Source of the DNA: a virus
Taxonomy: Duplodnaviria > Caudoviricetes
IMG/VR virus record: IMGVR_UViG_3300017766_003164
Span: 1 to 57,300 of that record
DNA length: 57,300 bases
Direction: 5' to 3' (one strand)
The notes under the pieces were generated by a model. The model saw nothing but the letters and a program-made list of their open reading frames with translations, was not told the origin of the DNA and made no database searches. A program made the translations under genes and the position numbers. This document shows, piece after piece, positions 28,206-38,337 of the stretch (position 1 is its first letter; every line of letters starts with the position of its first letter).

Positions 28206-31200
28206 TGTTAAAACAATATAAAAATATAACTGGAAATGAAAATGCTAAGTCATTTTCAGCTGAACGTATTGAACGTACAAAACTTAATTTAATTTCGTAT
28301 GATTCAGAAGCTGCATATTATGTTAATAATAAAATATTAACTGATGATAATTCTAAATTAGAGTTACATGTTTATTCTGGAGAAACTTGGTTAACTGGTA
28401 ATCATTCAGTACAAGCAAAAAATTCTGCGGCTAGTGTTCGAAATAAAAAACTTAATAAACAAGTTCCTTTAAATAATACAATTTCAATTGATTTATATGA
28501 AGAATTAGAAAATTTAAAATTAACTGCTGGAAATTTTAGATTTGTTGTTAATTTTTTTAAAAATTTAATTGGTAATTTTGATAAACAACATTTGCAGATT
28601 GACGAAATATCTCCAGATCGTATGGAAATTCGTCTTCGAGCAATTGATGCAGATGATCCGGAATTTTTACAACAAATTACTTCATACATACAAAACGTTA
28701 ATCAAACTTCCGATCGTTTTTATAAATCATACTTATTAAATTTTAGTAGAAATCAATGTGCATTATTTGTAAATAGTGTCGTTGTTGGGGAATACTTATA
28801 TGTAAAGTTAAATGAACCATTATCAGATGAGTTTCAAGTTAATTTTAAATGTTGGATAGTTGAAGAACAAAAAAATGCATACATTGACCGAGTTGCAATT
28901 ACACCGAAAGCTTTACAAAAACAATTTAATCGTTTAGGAAATCCAAATTGGCAAGCAACTGCAAAATATACTACTTCTAATGAAACCGGATTACGAACAT
29001 GGACAGATTTATTAGGTTCATCAACTCAAACTTCACAACAAATCGTTGATGCATATTTTTCCGGAAGTTTATCAGGTATAAAATTAAACATAGATTATTC
29101 CGATTTCAATAATTTTATTTTTTATAGTTCCGCAACAGAGCGTTTGGAAAATTTTTTATATAAACTTCAACTATTAGAATATTATACATCACAAAGTATT
29201 ATTGTATCGGGAATTTCTGGCAGTGTTGCAACAACAAATCAACAAGATTTTTTAAACTTAAAATCAAATTTAGTTGGAGGATTTGATGCATTTGAACAAT
29301 ACTTGTATTATCAATCATCATCTCTAGTAACAACATATGAAATTCCAATTGAACCAATAAATGTAAATGTTGCTAATGTTACTGGTAGTTATATCAAACC
29401 AGTTCCTAAAACAAATTCAACATATCCGTACATATTAACAGCAACTACGAGTTCACAATTTAAACAATGGTATGATGGCGTATATAGTTCAGCTTCATTA
29501 TATGATCAATTAAACATCAATGCATTAGTATATGCAATTCCAGAATTTATACGTTTAGATCCGACAAATACAGAAACTGTTACATTTGTTAATATGTTAG
29601 GTCATCATTATGATATACTTTATACGTATATTCATCATATGACTCAAATTAATAAACGTGAAGAGAATCCTAAGTTAGGTATGCCAAATGAATTGTTATA
29701 TTCGGTAGCAAAACAATTTGGTTGGAACTTAACTGATGGAAATCAATCACAAGAACTATGGCAATATTTACTTGGTACCGATGAAGCAGGAACTCCGCTA
29801 ACTGGCTCAAATAGCGTTGGCGATCCTTCCGTTCCAGGCCGCGATATGACATATACCATATGGCGACGTATTGTAAATAACTTGCCTTATTTGTTAAAAA
29901 GCAAAGGAACTAAAAGAAGTGTACAAGCGCTTCTTTCTTGTTATGGAATTCCGCAATCTTTAATTAGTATTAATGAATATGGCGGTCCTAGAATTGAGCG
30001 TCCGCCGGTATATGAAAAACTCAATTTTGATTATGCATTAGATGTTAGTGGTTCTGCAGCTGGATTAGTAACTGTAAATTATTCCCAATCATTAGGTGCA
30101 GTTGAACTGCGTTTCCGAACAGATGATATCACAGATAATCCTTTGATACCAAACACAATGAACTTGTATACGATAGGTTCTAATACAGTAACAATTGATT
30201 TTACTAGTGGTAATAAAGGTAGTTTACAAATCAATGGAACTAGTACGGCTGATTTTGAAATATATAATGGAGAATGGATTTCTACATTGTTACGAACTAG
30301 TGGTTCAAATTTACAACTAATTGCAAAAAAATCAAAATATGGAAAAATTGTATCTACAGTAACAGCTTCATCAGCAGCTTTATTTGATGCATCAGGATCG
30401 TTAATAATTGGAGGAACAACAGGAGGTAGCCGTTTAGTTGGACAAGTACAAGAATTACGTTTTTGGGCCTCGAGCTTAAATGACGCTCCATTCGAAAATC
30501 ATACAAAAGCTCCTGCTGCATATGATAGTAATGCAGATGCATATGATGAACTTATATTTAGATTACCACTTACACAAAAAATAAATCATGCACAGACAGG
30601 AAGTTTGCCAGGAATTCAACCAGTAGCTTCATCAATATCTGCATCTTTTACAAGTTGGACAAATTCAACTCCATATGATTCAATCGAAGAAACATATTAT
30701 TATGATGCAATATCTTTAGGCGCCGGTACATATGATGATAATAAAATACGCATTGAAGACAATGAATTAGTTGGCACGTTAGATGTTAAAACTAGAGCAG
30801 AGCGTAGTCAATTTGATACAGCTCCTTTGGATAGTAAAAAATTAGGAGTATATTTTTCTCCACAAACAATGATTGACGAAGATATCATTGCACAATTTGG
30901 CTTTACTGCATTAGATGAATATATAGGCGATCCGGGAGATACAGATTCAAAATCATATCCGGATTTGATTCAATTTGCACAAACATATTGGAAAAAATAT
31001 TCTGAACGCAATAATATAAATGATTACATAAAAATGTTTACATTGTTTGATTTATCATTCTTCAAACAATTAGAACAATTACTTCCAGCACGTGCTAGTA
31101 AATTAACAGGTGTATTAATTCAGCCTAATATATTGGAACGTAGTAAAGATACAATACTTCCAAAAATTGCACGTTATGATTCTACATTGAATGTAACAAT

Positions 31201-31708
31201 AACAGAAATACAACCAACAGCATCCGGAGATTATTTATACTATACCTCTAGCATTGACGGAAATATTTTATCAATATCAGCTCAAGATGATGATCAATGG
31301 CAAATGTATTTAACGGCATCGACTGCTAAAAAGTATGATGGCGTTGCATATTCTCATGAATATTTAGTTTTGTCTGGTAGTAAATATATAACAGGTTCAA
31401 CTCCGTATTGGTTAAGTGAGGCACTTTGTCCTGCAATTACATCTTCGGTAATATCTGAATTTGCTGAATATAAATTTTATATTTCATCATCAACTACAGC
31501 AAGTTATACGCCAGCTGAAACTAGTGATTTCTTTCCGCAAGGTATTGAAAATCAAAGATACTCAGGAACTAAAATGACATCTCCAGCATTTAATGTTAAT
31601 TCAACGCAAACATATGATGGTGGCCCTGTTGCGGAATGGAGAACAGCTAATCCTAATCAATTAATATATCAAAACCTTGGAGAACAAGGAAGTTTTAGAT
31701 TAGCATAA
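28205..31708 (+). CDS. Large baseplate/tail protein (gp7-like wedge segment plus LamG-like domain)
   Basis: 1167 aa; LLKSKGTKRSVQALLSCYGIP; LamG-like VELRFRT...LIIGG...GQVQELRFWASSL. Confidence 0.65.
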   Translation: MLKQYKNITGNENAKSFSAERIERTKLNLISYDSEAAYYVNNKILTDDNSKLELHVYSGETWLTGNHSVQAKNSAASVRNKKLNKQVPLNNTISIDLYEELENLKLTAGNFRFVVNFFKNLIGNFDKQHLQIDEISPDRMEIRLRAIDADDPEFLQQITSYIQNVNQTSDRFYKSYLLNFSRNQCALFVNSVVVGEYLYVKLNEPLSDEFQVNFKCWIVEEQKNAYIDRVAITPKALQKQFNRLGNPNWQATAKYTTSNETGLRTWTDLLGSSTQTSQQIVDAYFSGSLSGIKLNIDYSDFNNFIFYSSATERLENFLYKLQLLEYYTSQSIIVSGISGSVATTNQQDFLNLKSNLVGGFDAFEQYLYYQSSSLVTTYEIPIEPINVNVANVTGSYIKPVPKTNSTYPYILTATTSSQFKQWYDGVYSSASLYDQLNINALVYAIPEFIRLDPTNTETVTFVNMLGHHYDILYTYIHHMTQINKREENPKLGMPNELLYSVAKQFGWNLTDGNQSQELWQYLLGTDEAGTPLTGSNSVGDPSVPGRDMTYTIWRRIVNNLPYLLKSKGTKRSVQALLSCYGIPQSLISINEYGGPRIERPPVYEKLNFDYALDVSGSAAGLVTVNYSQSLGAVELRFRTDDITDNPLIPNTMNLYTIGSNTVTIDFTSGNKGSLQINGTSTADFEIYNGEWISTLLRTSGSNLQLIAKKSKYGKIVSTVTASSAALFDASGSLIIGGTTGGSRLVGQVQELRFWASSLNDAPFENHTKAPAAYDSNADAYDELIFRLPLTQKINHAQTGSLPGIQPVASSISASFTSWTNSTPYDSIEETYYYDAISLGAGTYDDNKIRIEDNELVGTLDVKTRAERSQFDTAPLDSKKLGVYFSPQTMIDEDIIAQFGFTALDEYIGDPGDTDSKSYPDLIQFAQTYWKKYSERNNINDYIKMFTLFDLSFFKQLEQLLPARASKLTGVLIQPNILERSKDTILPKIARYDSTLNVTITEIQPTASGDYLYYTSSIDGNILSISAQDDDQWQMYLTASTAKKYDGVAYSHEYLVLSGSKYITGSTPYWLSEALCPAITSSVISEFAEYKFYISSSTTASYTPAETSDFFPQGIENQRYSGTKMTSPAFNVNSTQTYDGGPVAEWRTANPNQLIYQNLGEQGSFRLA

Positions 31709-31751
31709 AAATTATACTAAACATATTTATATGAAATAAGGTTAAAACATT

Positions 31752-32411
31752 ATGGGATATTTAGATAATTCTAGCGTTACAATTGACGCAATTCTAACAT
31801 TAAAAGGTCGCGAGTTATTAGCAAAAGGTGGTAATGCATTTAATATTACGCAATTTGCTTTAGGCGATGATGAAATTGATTACTCGTTATGGAATCCAGA
31901 TCATCCACTAGGAACTGAGTATTATGGTACTATTATAGAAAATATGCCTATTACCGAAGCAATTCCAGATGAAACACAGGCGTTGAAATATAAACTAGTT
32001 ACATTGCCAAAACAAACAACTAATATTCCTGTGATCAATGTAGGTAACACTTCAATTACGTTAGCAGCTCCGGGTAATAGTGCAGTTATTGCTCCTAATA
32101 CAAGCAATTTCCAAGGAGGAAATTCTAATTTAGGATATACTGCTATATTGTCTGATTCTACGGTAGCTGATATAACTGTAACTAGAGCATTACAAAATTC
32201 AATACTTCCAACTACTCCTAATTTTATTGGAGATAATGAAGATGCACAAAGTGTTGCAGTTGCAGGTTTTGAATTCCGAATTACTGCTAAAACACAAATG
32301 CTTGAAGATAAAACTGCAACAATTACGATAATTGGTAATGAGACGGGCGGAAGTGTAACTATCAATTTAACAGTTAAAAAAGTAACAACTGCTACGGCAG
32401 CAAATATGTAA
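31752..32411 (+). CDS. Tail/baseplate structural protein (tail-collar-fibre-like N-terminus)
   Basis: ILTLKGRELLA...ITQFALGD motif; ATATTTAT at 31723-31730. Confidence 0.6.
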   Translation: MGYLDNSSVTIDAILTLKGRELLAKGGNAFNITQFALGDDEIDYSLWNPDHPLGTEYYGTIIENMPITEAIPDETQALKYKLVTLPKQTTNIPVINVGNTSITLAAPGNSAVIAPNTSNFQGGNSNLGYTAILSDSTVADITVTRALQNSILPTTPNFIGDNEDAQSVAVAGFEFRITAKTQMLEDKTATITIIGNETGGSVTINLTVKKVTTATAANM

Positions 32412-32417
32412 GATAAT

Positions 32418-33740
32418 ATGAAAACAGAAAATTTCATTGAAACGTTAAAACAACAACCTAGACTAGGTGGTGTTCCTAGATTAAATTTAGGAGCGTTAAA
32501 TCCTTCAGCTACACAAGTATCTAGAGTAAATGCAGATTTAGTAGCACCAGTACCACCGCAACAAATACAACAAGCAGCTGCTGCAACAACGCAGCAAGTA
32601 CAACAACTTGCACAACAACTTGCAAATCAGATGGTTGCAGAAATGCAGCAAGCTTCGGTACTTTCTCGTAATGGTAGAACATATACTAAATTTGATCTAG
32701 CAAATGATGTTATTGCAAATCAAACCGAAACGGTTACTGCTGGTATGTGGTCTGATGGTTTAGCTAATTTAATAACGCATTTTACATCATCTACGCAAAC
32801 AACGACTCAACGTAGATATTATGTTGATGTTTTGCATAAAGCCCCTTCAGAAACTGGTTCAGCTGTACAATATTCATTGGCATATGGTAATGCTTTAGGT
32901 AGCGGATCTGATTCTCAAGGCCAACTTAATGATTCTCCTAGTAAAGCAATTTATTCACAGTATCGTCAACTTTTATTGAATCCGTCAGATTCGCGTTTTA
33001 CCACTGCTGGATCTGGTAGTACAGATTCAATTTATGTTATTAATTTTAAACGCAACAGAATGAAAGAGCGTTTAGATGCTGGTAATTTTGAAATTCCATT
33101 GCGTTTAATTTCCGGTTCTCGTCCTACGAATGCTACCGGTAGTGTTAATGTATCTGGATCTACATTATTTACATTAATTGATGATTCGGCATTAGCTGCT
33201 GCAAGAATTGGAGATTCTGGAAGAGTTTATAATATCGTATCAGGTTCGATTAACGGCGGTGTATTTAATTCAACAGCTCCGGTTTATTACGGCTTAGTTT
33301 ATCCAGATTATGGAACAATTATATTAGATGGAAAAATGTTAGATCAACAATTAAATTTCCAAACTAATACTGGTTCTAGTTCGGAAGGAAATAATCACTT
33401 TGCACTTTTCCATTCTATTTCTGGATCCGCATTAATAACAAATCCAGCAACTGCAGATCCATTTGGCTTCTTAGCTCGTAATTCGGAAAAGGTAACTAGT
33501 ACACATTATTTCGTACGCGTTAAAAATGCTGAATATAACTTTTCAAATAATCCGTCATATGTAACTGGTAGTGTTGGTCAAATTTCACAAACAACTTTTG
33601 TTGGCGACCCTAAAACATATATAACAACAGTTGGGTTGTATAATGATCGTCAAGAATTACTTGCAGTTGCAAAACTTTCTAAACCATTACTTAAATCATT
33701 CCAACGAGAAGCATTGATTAGAGTTAAATTGGATTTCTAA
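32418..33740 (+). CDS. Tail/baseplate structural protein
   Basis: C-terminal YITTVGLYNDRQELLAVAKLSKP, shared with the next gene; S/T/G-rich. Confidence 0.65.
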   Translation: MKTENFIETLKQQPRLGGVPRLNLGALNPSATQVSRVNADLVAPVPPQQIQQAAAATTQQVQQLAQQLANQMVAEMQQASVLSRNGRTYTKFDLANDVIANQTETVTAGMWSDGLANLITHFTSSTQTTTQRRYYVDVLHKAPSETGSAVQYSLAYGNALGSGSDSQGQLNDSPSKAIYSQYRQLLLNPSDSRFTTAGSGSTDSIYVINFKRNRMKERLDAGNFEIPLRLISGSRPTNATGSVNVSGSTLFTLIDDSALAAARIGDSGRVYNIVSGSINGGVFNSTAPVYYGLVYPDYGTIILDGKMLDQQLNFQTNTGSSSEGNNHFALFHSISGSALITNPATADPFGFLARNSEKVTSTHYFVRVKNAEYNFSNNPSYVTGSVGQISQTTFVGDPKTYITTVGLYNDRQELLAVAKLSKPLLKSFQREALIRVKLDF

Positions 33741-33756
33741 AAAACAACAGTAATTT

Positions 33757-33789
33757 AGCCCCGTTATATTTATATGTATAACGGGGTTT
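33757..33789 (+). promoter_or_regulatory. Inverted repeat enclosing an ATATTTAT box
   Basis: CCCCGTTATA-TTTATATG-TATAACGGGG perfect 10-bp stem; box at 33766-33773. Confidence 0.7.
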
Positions 33790-33796
33790 ATACTAT

Positions 33797-35455
33797 ATGG
33801 CAGAATCAAGAATGACATACAATGAAATTGGTTACGTAGGTCCAACTCCTACAGTATTTAAAAAAATTGATTCTAGTGATGTTACAGTTAATCCATTTCA
33901 ATCATTTAAAACTTGGACAGTATATTCTGGCAGTGCTACTAGCAGTGCATTACCACTAACGGCAATTTATTCTGATACAACAAATTTACCAGCATTAGGA
34001 TCTGAATTGACTATTAATGATTCTTCAAATATTGATAGTTCATTACAGACTATAACATATTTCTCAGTTAATCATCAATACTATAAATATAAAAAATATC
34101 CAGCACAAACTTTCGGACCTACTAACTTAAATCAAACTAAAAAACATTTATATCAGTCTGCGTCAATACTTTCATTTCCACAAATACGTGTCGGCGAAGG
34201 AATAAAGCCGGCATCATTTAGATTAACAGGTAGCTATACTGAAGTTGGAGGTATATATGGATCTAGTTCATATGGATCTAGTTCATATGGTAATGTAATA
34301 GAATTATATATACATTCAGATCTTTATGGTAATTTGTATAATACTTCATTTAATACACAAACAATTGTTACTAAGTCGTTAATGTATGAAGAAGGATTTA
34401 ATGAATATTTTGATGCAAATCGTCCGGAATACGTTTCAAGTGGCGTAACATATATACCGGGCGTTACTACAACTACAGGTGTTACTCAATCATATGGATA
34501 TGCGGCTAATTTTAATGGTAATGGATATATAAAAACAGAAATACCGGGATATTATGATCGTAATCATGATTACGCTATTTCATTTTTTATACGTGCAGAA
34601 AATACCGGAAGTAATTCAAATATAATCATAACTAAAGCTTCTAGTTCATTAACGCCACAATATCCATTTAAAATATCAGTTGATACTGCAGGATATTTAG
34701 AATACTTTATTTCTGCAAACGCTGGATTAAATTCTGCTGGATTTAATCCTGAATTATTATTAACATCTGCAGTGCCATTAGACTTAGTAAATTACGTTCA
34801 TGTTGTATGTCAAAAAAGTGGCAGTGTTATGCAATTGTATACTAATGGAACGTTAGAATCGTCAATATCTAGTACATTATTAATTGATACCCAATCTCCA
34901 TTTACCGCATCAGGCAGAATTGATAATAAAGATCCATTATTCATAGGTGGATTTGAAAGTGGTTCTAATTTAACAGGAACTATTGATGAAATTCGAATAT
35001 TTAATCGAGCATTAACAGCAACAGAAATTGGATATTTAGCAGATCGTACCGAAGGTGGGTCATTTATGCAAACTAATCATGTAGGTAATGTATTTGCACG
35101 ACAAGGTATAGCGGTTATTTCAACACCTGATTATCGCTTTCATAATATTTTAAATGCTCCATATACGGCATCTTATAAAAGCACAGTAACTACTTACGAA
35201 TTAGGTGTTGTTGCAAATGCTGATGCTGGAGATTTTAATATGTCAATGAATTTAACATTGACTGATGATAGCGACGTTACGTATAAAAACTTTGTAACCG
35301 GTAGTGCATTTGCTCCGTATATAACTACAATTGGTTTATATGACGATGCTGGTCAGTTATTGGCTATTGGTAAATTAGCACAACCAATACGTAAACGAAT
35401 GGATGTTGATATGAACTTTTTAGTTAGATTAGATTTAGATAGGAATTTAAAATGA
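33797..35455 (+). CDS. LamG/concanavalin A-like domain structural protein
   Basis: AANFNGNGYI...AISFFIR...HVVCQK...LYTNG...LFIGG...GTIDEIRIFNRALTATEI; C-terminus paralogous to 32418..33740. Confidence 0.8.
   Translation: MAESRMTYNEIGYVGPTPTVFKKIDSSDVTVNPFQSFKTWTVYSGSATSSALPLTAIYSDTTNLPALGSELTINDSSNIDSSLQTITYFSVNHQYYKYKKYPAQTFGPTNLNQTKKHLYQSASILSFPQIRVGEGIKPASFRLTGSYTEVGGIYGSSSYGSSSYGNVIELYIHSDLYGNLYNTSFNTQTIVTKSLMYEEGFNEYFDANRPEYVSSGVTYIPGVTTTTGVTQSYGYAANFNGNGYIKTEIPGYYDRNHDYAISFFIRAENTGSNSNIIITKASSSLTPQYPFKISVDTAGYLEYFISANAGLNSAGFNPELLLTSAVPLDLVNYVHVVCQKSGSVMQLYTNGTLESSISSTLLIDTQSPFTASGRIDNKDPLFIGGFESGSNLTGTIDEIRIFNRALTATEIGYLADRTEGGSFMQTNHVGNVFARQGIAVISTPDYRFHNILNAPYTASYKSTVTTYELGVVANADAGDFNMSMNLTLTDDSDVTYKNFVTGSAFAPYITTIGLYDDAGQLLAIGKLAQPIRKRMDVDMNFLVRLDLDRNLK
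34255..34290 (+). repeat. 15-bp in-frame tandem repeat (YGSSS) x2
   Basis: ATATGGATCTAGTTC twice, then ATATGG. Confidence 0.8.
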
Positions 35456-35988
35456 TACGTTTGAAACGTTTATTATTGGAAATGTCTGATTCAGATATAA
35501 ATCGTTGTTTAGATAAAATTAAAAACAAACAATTTAAAATCATTGGCGCCGGAGATAATGGTCGCGTTTATGAAATTGACGGAGAAGATAAAGTTTTTAA
35601 AATTACTAAAGAACAAGATGAGTATGATGTTGCAGAGCGCATAGTTAATCAATCAGATAAATTTACAACATTTATTCCAGTATATTATGTTAATGGAACG
35701 GATATGTATATCATGGCAAATGCTGAACAATTGTCAGGACGAATGAAACAAGAAGTTGATTCATTTATGCAAGAATTTAATAGTTTTGCTCGAGAACAAG
35801 GTGGAGAAGTTTCAATATTTGAATTTGTACAACAAACTGATTCTGTTAATGCACGATTAGATAATTTTTTAAATGCTTTACAACGAGATGTTGAACGTTT
35901 AAATATTCCAGAATTTGATTTAGATTTAGATTTCAGATCTGACAATTTGATGACGTGGAATGGGAAAATGGTATTAGTTGATTGGTAA
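35452..35988 (+). CDS. Minimal protein-kinase-like protein
   Basis: Gly loop IIGAGDNGRVY, KVFKIT, EYDVA, catalytic loop DFRSDN, terminal VLVDW; leader MIRLKRLLLE. Confidence 0.75.
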   Translation: MIRLKRLLLEMSDSDINRCLDKIKNKQFKIIGAGDNGRVYEIDGEDKVFKITKEQDEYDVAERIVNQSDKFTTFIPVYYVNGTDMYIMANAEQLSGRMKQEVDSFMQEFNSFAREQGGEVSIFEFVQQTDSVNARLDNFLNALQRDVERLNIPEFDLDLDFRSDNLMTWNGKMVLVDW

Positions 35989-36008
35989 TATTTATTATAA
36001 AGAATAAT

Positions 36009-37664
36009 ATGAATACAATGTTAGAACAAATCATACGACAAACATTATTAGAAGGTGCACCAACTGCTATATTAAAAATGGCACCTAAAAAACAATTTGC
36101 AAAAGCAAAAGCTGCAGGTGCTGATTATGCTTTTGCAGTTAGAATTCGAGGAGCTAGTGGTGCAGGAAGTGTTGCAAATTTAGTTTCTAAGGTTTCAGCT
36201 AGTAGTAAATTAGAACCAGGACAATCTCCGGACGTTTATTTAGCCGTCGGAGAAGGTAGTAAGTATGCTAAGAATGATTTAGATTACATGTACATCATGT
36301 CACAACCTGAAAATAAAAAACAACAGTTAATTAACGTATGGATATTTAAAACTCCGTTTGAATTAAGAAAATATTTTACAGATACGGAAAATCTAGGATC
36401 TATTGCAGCTGCACAAAACAGAATCGGAGAAGCAAGATTAATACCAGTACAAGTATATAATACTACATATGCTAAGCCTTTAGGTTTGCCAACATTAACA
36501 ATTGATTCAGAGGAAGATTTAGAACCATTTTCTAGAACAGGCGATAAAGATAAAACTGACGATACATCTACAAAAAAGATAACAGATATTAAATATCCAT
36601 ATGAATATAAAACAGCTGATGCAAATTATACAGTTTATTCAATTCCTTCAAATACAACAAAGGTCTATATAGAAACTCCTAAAGATACATGGTTAGAAAC
36701 AGATAAAAAAGAATTAGAACAATTTATAAAAGGTGAAACCCAAACAAAACCTAAATTTAAAATAGTAACTGATAATGATGTTATTGATAAATTATATTTA
36801 CATGTTTATCAAAAAGTTCCAAAACGAGATAAAACTGATAAAGACGAGCCTGTAGGTGACATTAAGATTATCGATATCATTAATGCAACGAAAACGGAAA
36901 ATTATAGTATAGTTACAAAAAAATTTCAAGAATTAATGGTTAAACAAATTGAAACGCAGCCTGTAATAGTAGAAATTTTAGGAGATATATATACAGATTT
37001 TAAAAATGATATTAATGGCGTTTGGAATGAAAAATCTAGAATTTTAACTAAAGCGTTGCAAGAAAATATGAAAATAGATTGGCCAATGATAGCAACGAAT
37101 GGATATCCGGATACTATTTTTATTCAACAAATAAAAAAATTAAATACTTGGAAAATAAAAACAGAAGAATCAATACTTTTAATAAAAAATAGAATTAACG
37201 AACAAGGATCATTTAATATTAAAAAAATGAAAACCGTTGTTGATACATTAAAACGTACTGGGGACTTAGAACGTGTTATAACAAATCAACCAGAAAAATA
37301 TGATGATTCTAAAATAAAGAAACCAGAAGATAAAAAGAAAGTTGACAACAATAAAAAGAAACCGGAAGATAAAAAGAAAGTTGACAACAATAAAAAGAAA
37401 CCGGAAGATAAAAAGAAAACTAATTCAAAATTTCAACCAGGTAAACAATATGAATTAAAATTAAAAACTACAAAATTATATTATTTTAACAATTCAACTA
37501 AAAAGTTTTATTGGTCAAATTGGCAATGGTTTGCACCTAGTGATACGCCTATAGAATATGTTTCTACATCGACACATAATAAATCATGGATATTAGTTAA
37601 AATTAAAACAAAAAAGTTTTATATTCCGGAAGATAAAATTGAAAGAATAATACCAATACAATAG
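36009..37664 (+). CDS. Hypothetical Lys-rich multidomain protein
   Basis: ATG at 36009 lies downstream of the box at 35988-35995; IIRQTLLE leader-like motif; internal repeat; possible SH3-like C-terminus. Confidence 0.75.
   Translation: MNTMLEQIIRQTLLEGAPTAILKMAPKKQFAKAKAAGADYAFAVRIRGASGAGSVANLVSKVSASSKLEPGQSPDVYLAVGEGSKYAKNDLDYMYIMSQPENKKQQLINVWIFKTPFELRKYFTDTENLGSIAAAQNRIGEARLIPVQVYNTTYAKPLGLPTLTIDSEEDLEPFSRTGDKDKTDDTSTKKITDIKYPYEYKTADANYTVYSIPSNTTKVYIETPKDTWLETDKKELEQFIKGETQTKPKFKIVTDNDVIDKLYLHVYQKVPKRDKTDKDEPVGDIKIIDIINATKTENYSIVTKKFQELMVKQIETQPVIVEILGDIYTDFKNDINGVWNEKSRILTKALQENMKIDWPMIATNGYPDTIFIQQIKKLNTWKIKTEESILLIKNRINEQGSFNIKKMKTVVDTLKRTGDLERVITNQPEKYDDSKIKKPEDKKKVDNNKKKPEDKKKVDNNKKKPEDKKKTNSKFQPGKQYELKLKTTKLYYFNNSTKKFYWSNWQWFAPSDTPIEYVSTSTHNKSWILVKIKTKKFYIPEDKIERIIPIQ
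37317..37418 (+). repeat. 39-bp in-frame tandem repeat (KKPEDKKKVDNNK), about 2.6 copies
   Basis: AAGAAACC(A/G)GAAGATAAAAAGAAAGTTGACAACAATAAA repeated. Confidence 0.9.
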
Positions 37665-37666
37665 TT

Positions 37667-38149
37667 ATGCGAAAAAATCACTTCCACAGTGCAGGTAATT
37701 CTAAACGAGTTGCAGCACTTAAATACGGTTATAAATCTGGTTTAGAACATACTGTTGCAGAAGCAATAAAATCTACATCATATGATTTGAAATATGAAAC
37801 AGAAACCATAAATTATATAGTACCGGAGCGTAAAGCAAAATATACGCCTGACTTTGTATTTACTAAACGCAATGGTCAATTCATGTTTGTTGAAACCAAA
37901 GGACGATGGACTACAGCAGATCGTACTAAAATGAAACATGTATTAGCATCAAATCCTGGCGTGGATATTCGAATGGTTTTTCAAAATCCTAATCAACGTT
38001 TGTCAAAAACAAGCAAAACTACATATGCCGAATATGCATTAAAACTAGGAATACGTCACGTTGCTAAGAAAGATATTCCGTCGGAATGGCTCGAAGAATG
38101 TGTTAAATCAGGTGAATCTCCAATCAATGTTAAACGTTTCTTTGAATAA
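37667..38149 (+). CDS. T7 endonuclease I-like Holliday junction resolvase
   Basis: YKSGLE...YETETINY...YTPDF...VETKGRWTTADRTKM...DIRMVFQN...TTYAEY. Confidence 0.9.
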   Translation: MRKNHFHSAGNSKRVAALKYGYKSGLEHTVAEAIKSTSYDLKYETETINYIVPERKAKYTPDFVFTKRNGQFMFVETKGRWTTADRTKMKHVLASNPGVDIRMVFQNPNQRLSKTSKTTYAEYALKLGIRHVAKKDIPSEWLEECVKSGESPINVKRFFE

Positions 38150-38151
38150 GG

Positions 38152-38180
38152 TTTGATTTTTAAATTATTTTTAATATATT
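38152..38180 (+). promoter_or_regulatory. Putative early (host-sigma) promoter facing a non-coding stretch
   Basis: TTTGA-N18-TATATT. Confidence 0.5.
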
Positions 38181-38302
38181 CATGAAAGATTAATGAAATT
38201 TATTTAATTAATAGATTGAATGTAATGTTAATGAAATGAAATCGTTTGATCAGGAATGAAATGTATGTATCAAACATATATTATAATATTATTAATAATT
38301 AA

Positions 38303-38331
38303 TTGGAATACTTACAGAATTTCAATATATT
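38303..38331 (+). promoter_or_regulatory. Putative early (host-sigma) promoter for primase
   Basis: TTGGA-N18-TATATT ending 6 nt before ATG 38338. Confidence 0.6.
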
Positions 38332-38337
38332 ATTAAT

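Noticed and set aside
31922-32437. 171-aa hydrophobic minus-strand ORF, and similar antisense ORFs at 990, 4168, 24877, 28402, 40274, 41066, 45148 and 55166
   Set aside because: They lie opposite well-supported plus-strand genes and have no motif or promoter support.
37667-38149. Endonuclease as a homing or mobile element
   Set aside because: Motifs fit T7 endonuclease I-type resolvases, and it sits beside primase and SbcCD with no intron or interrupted gene.
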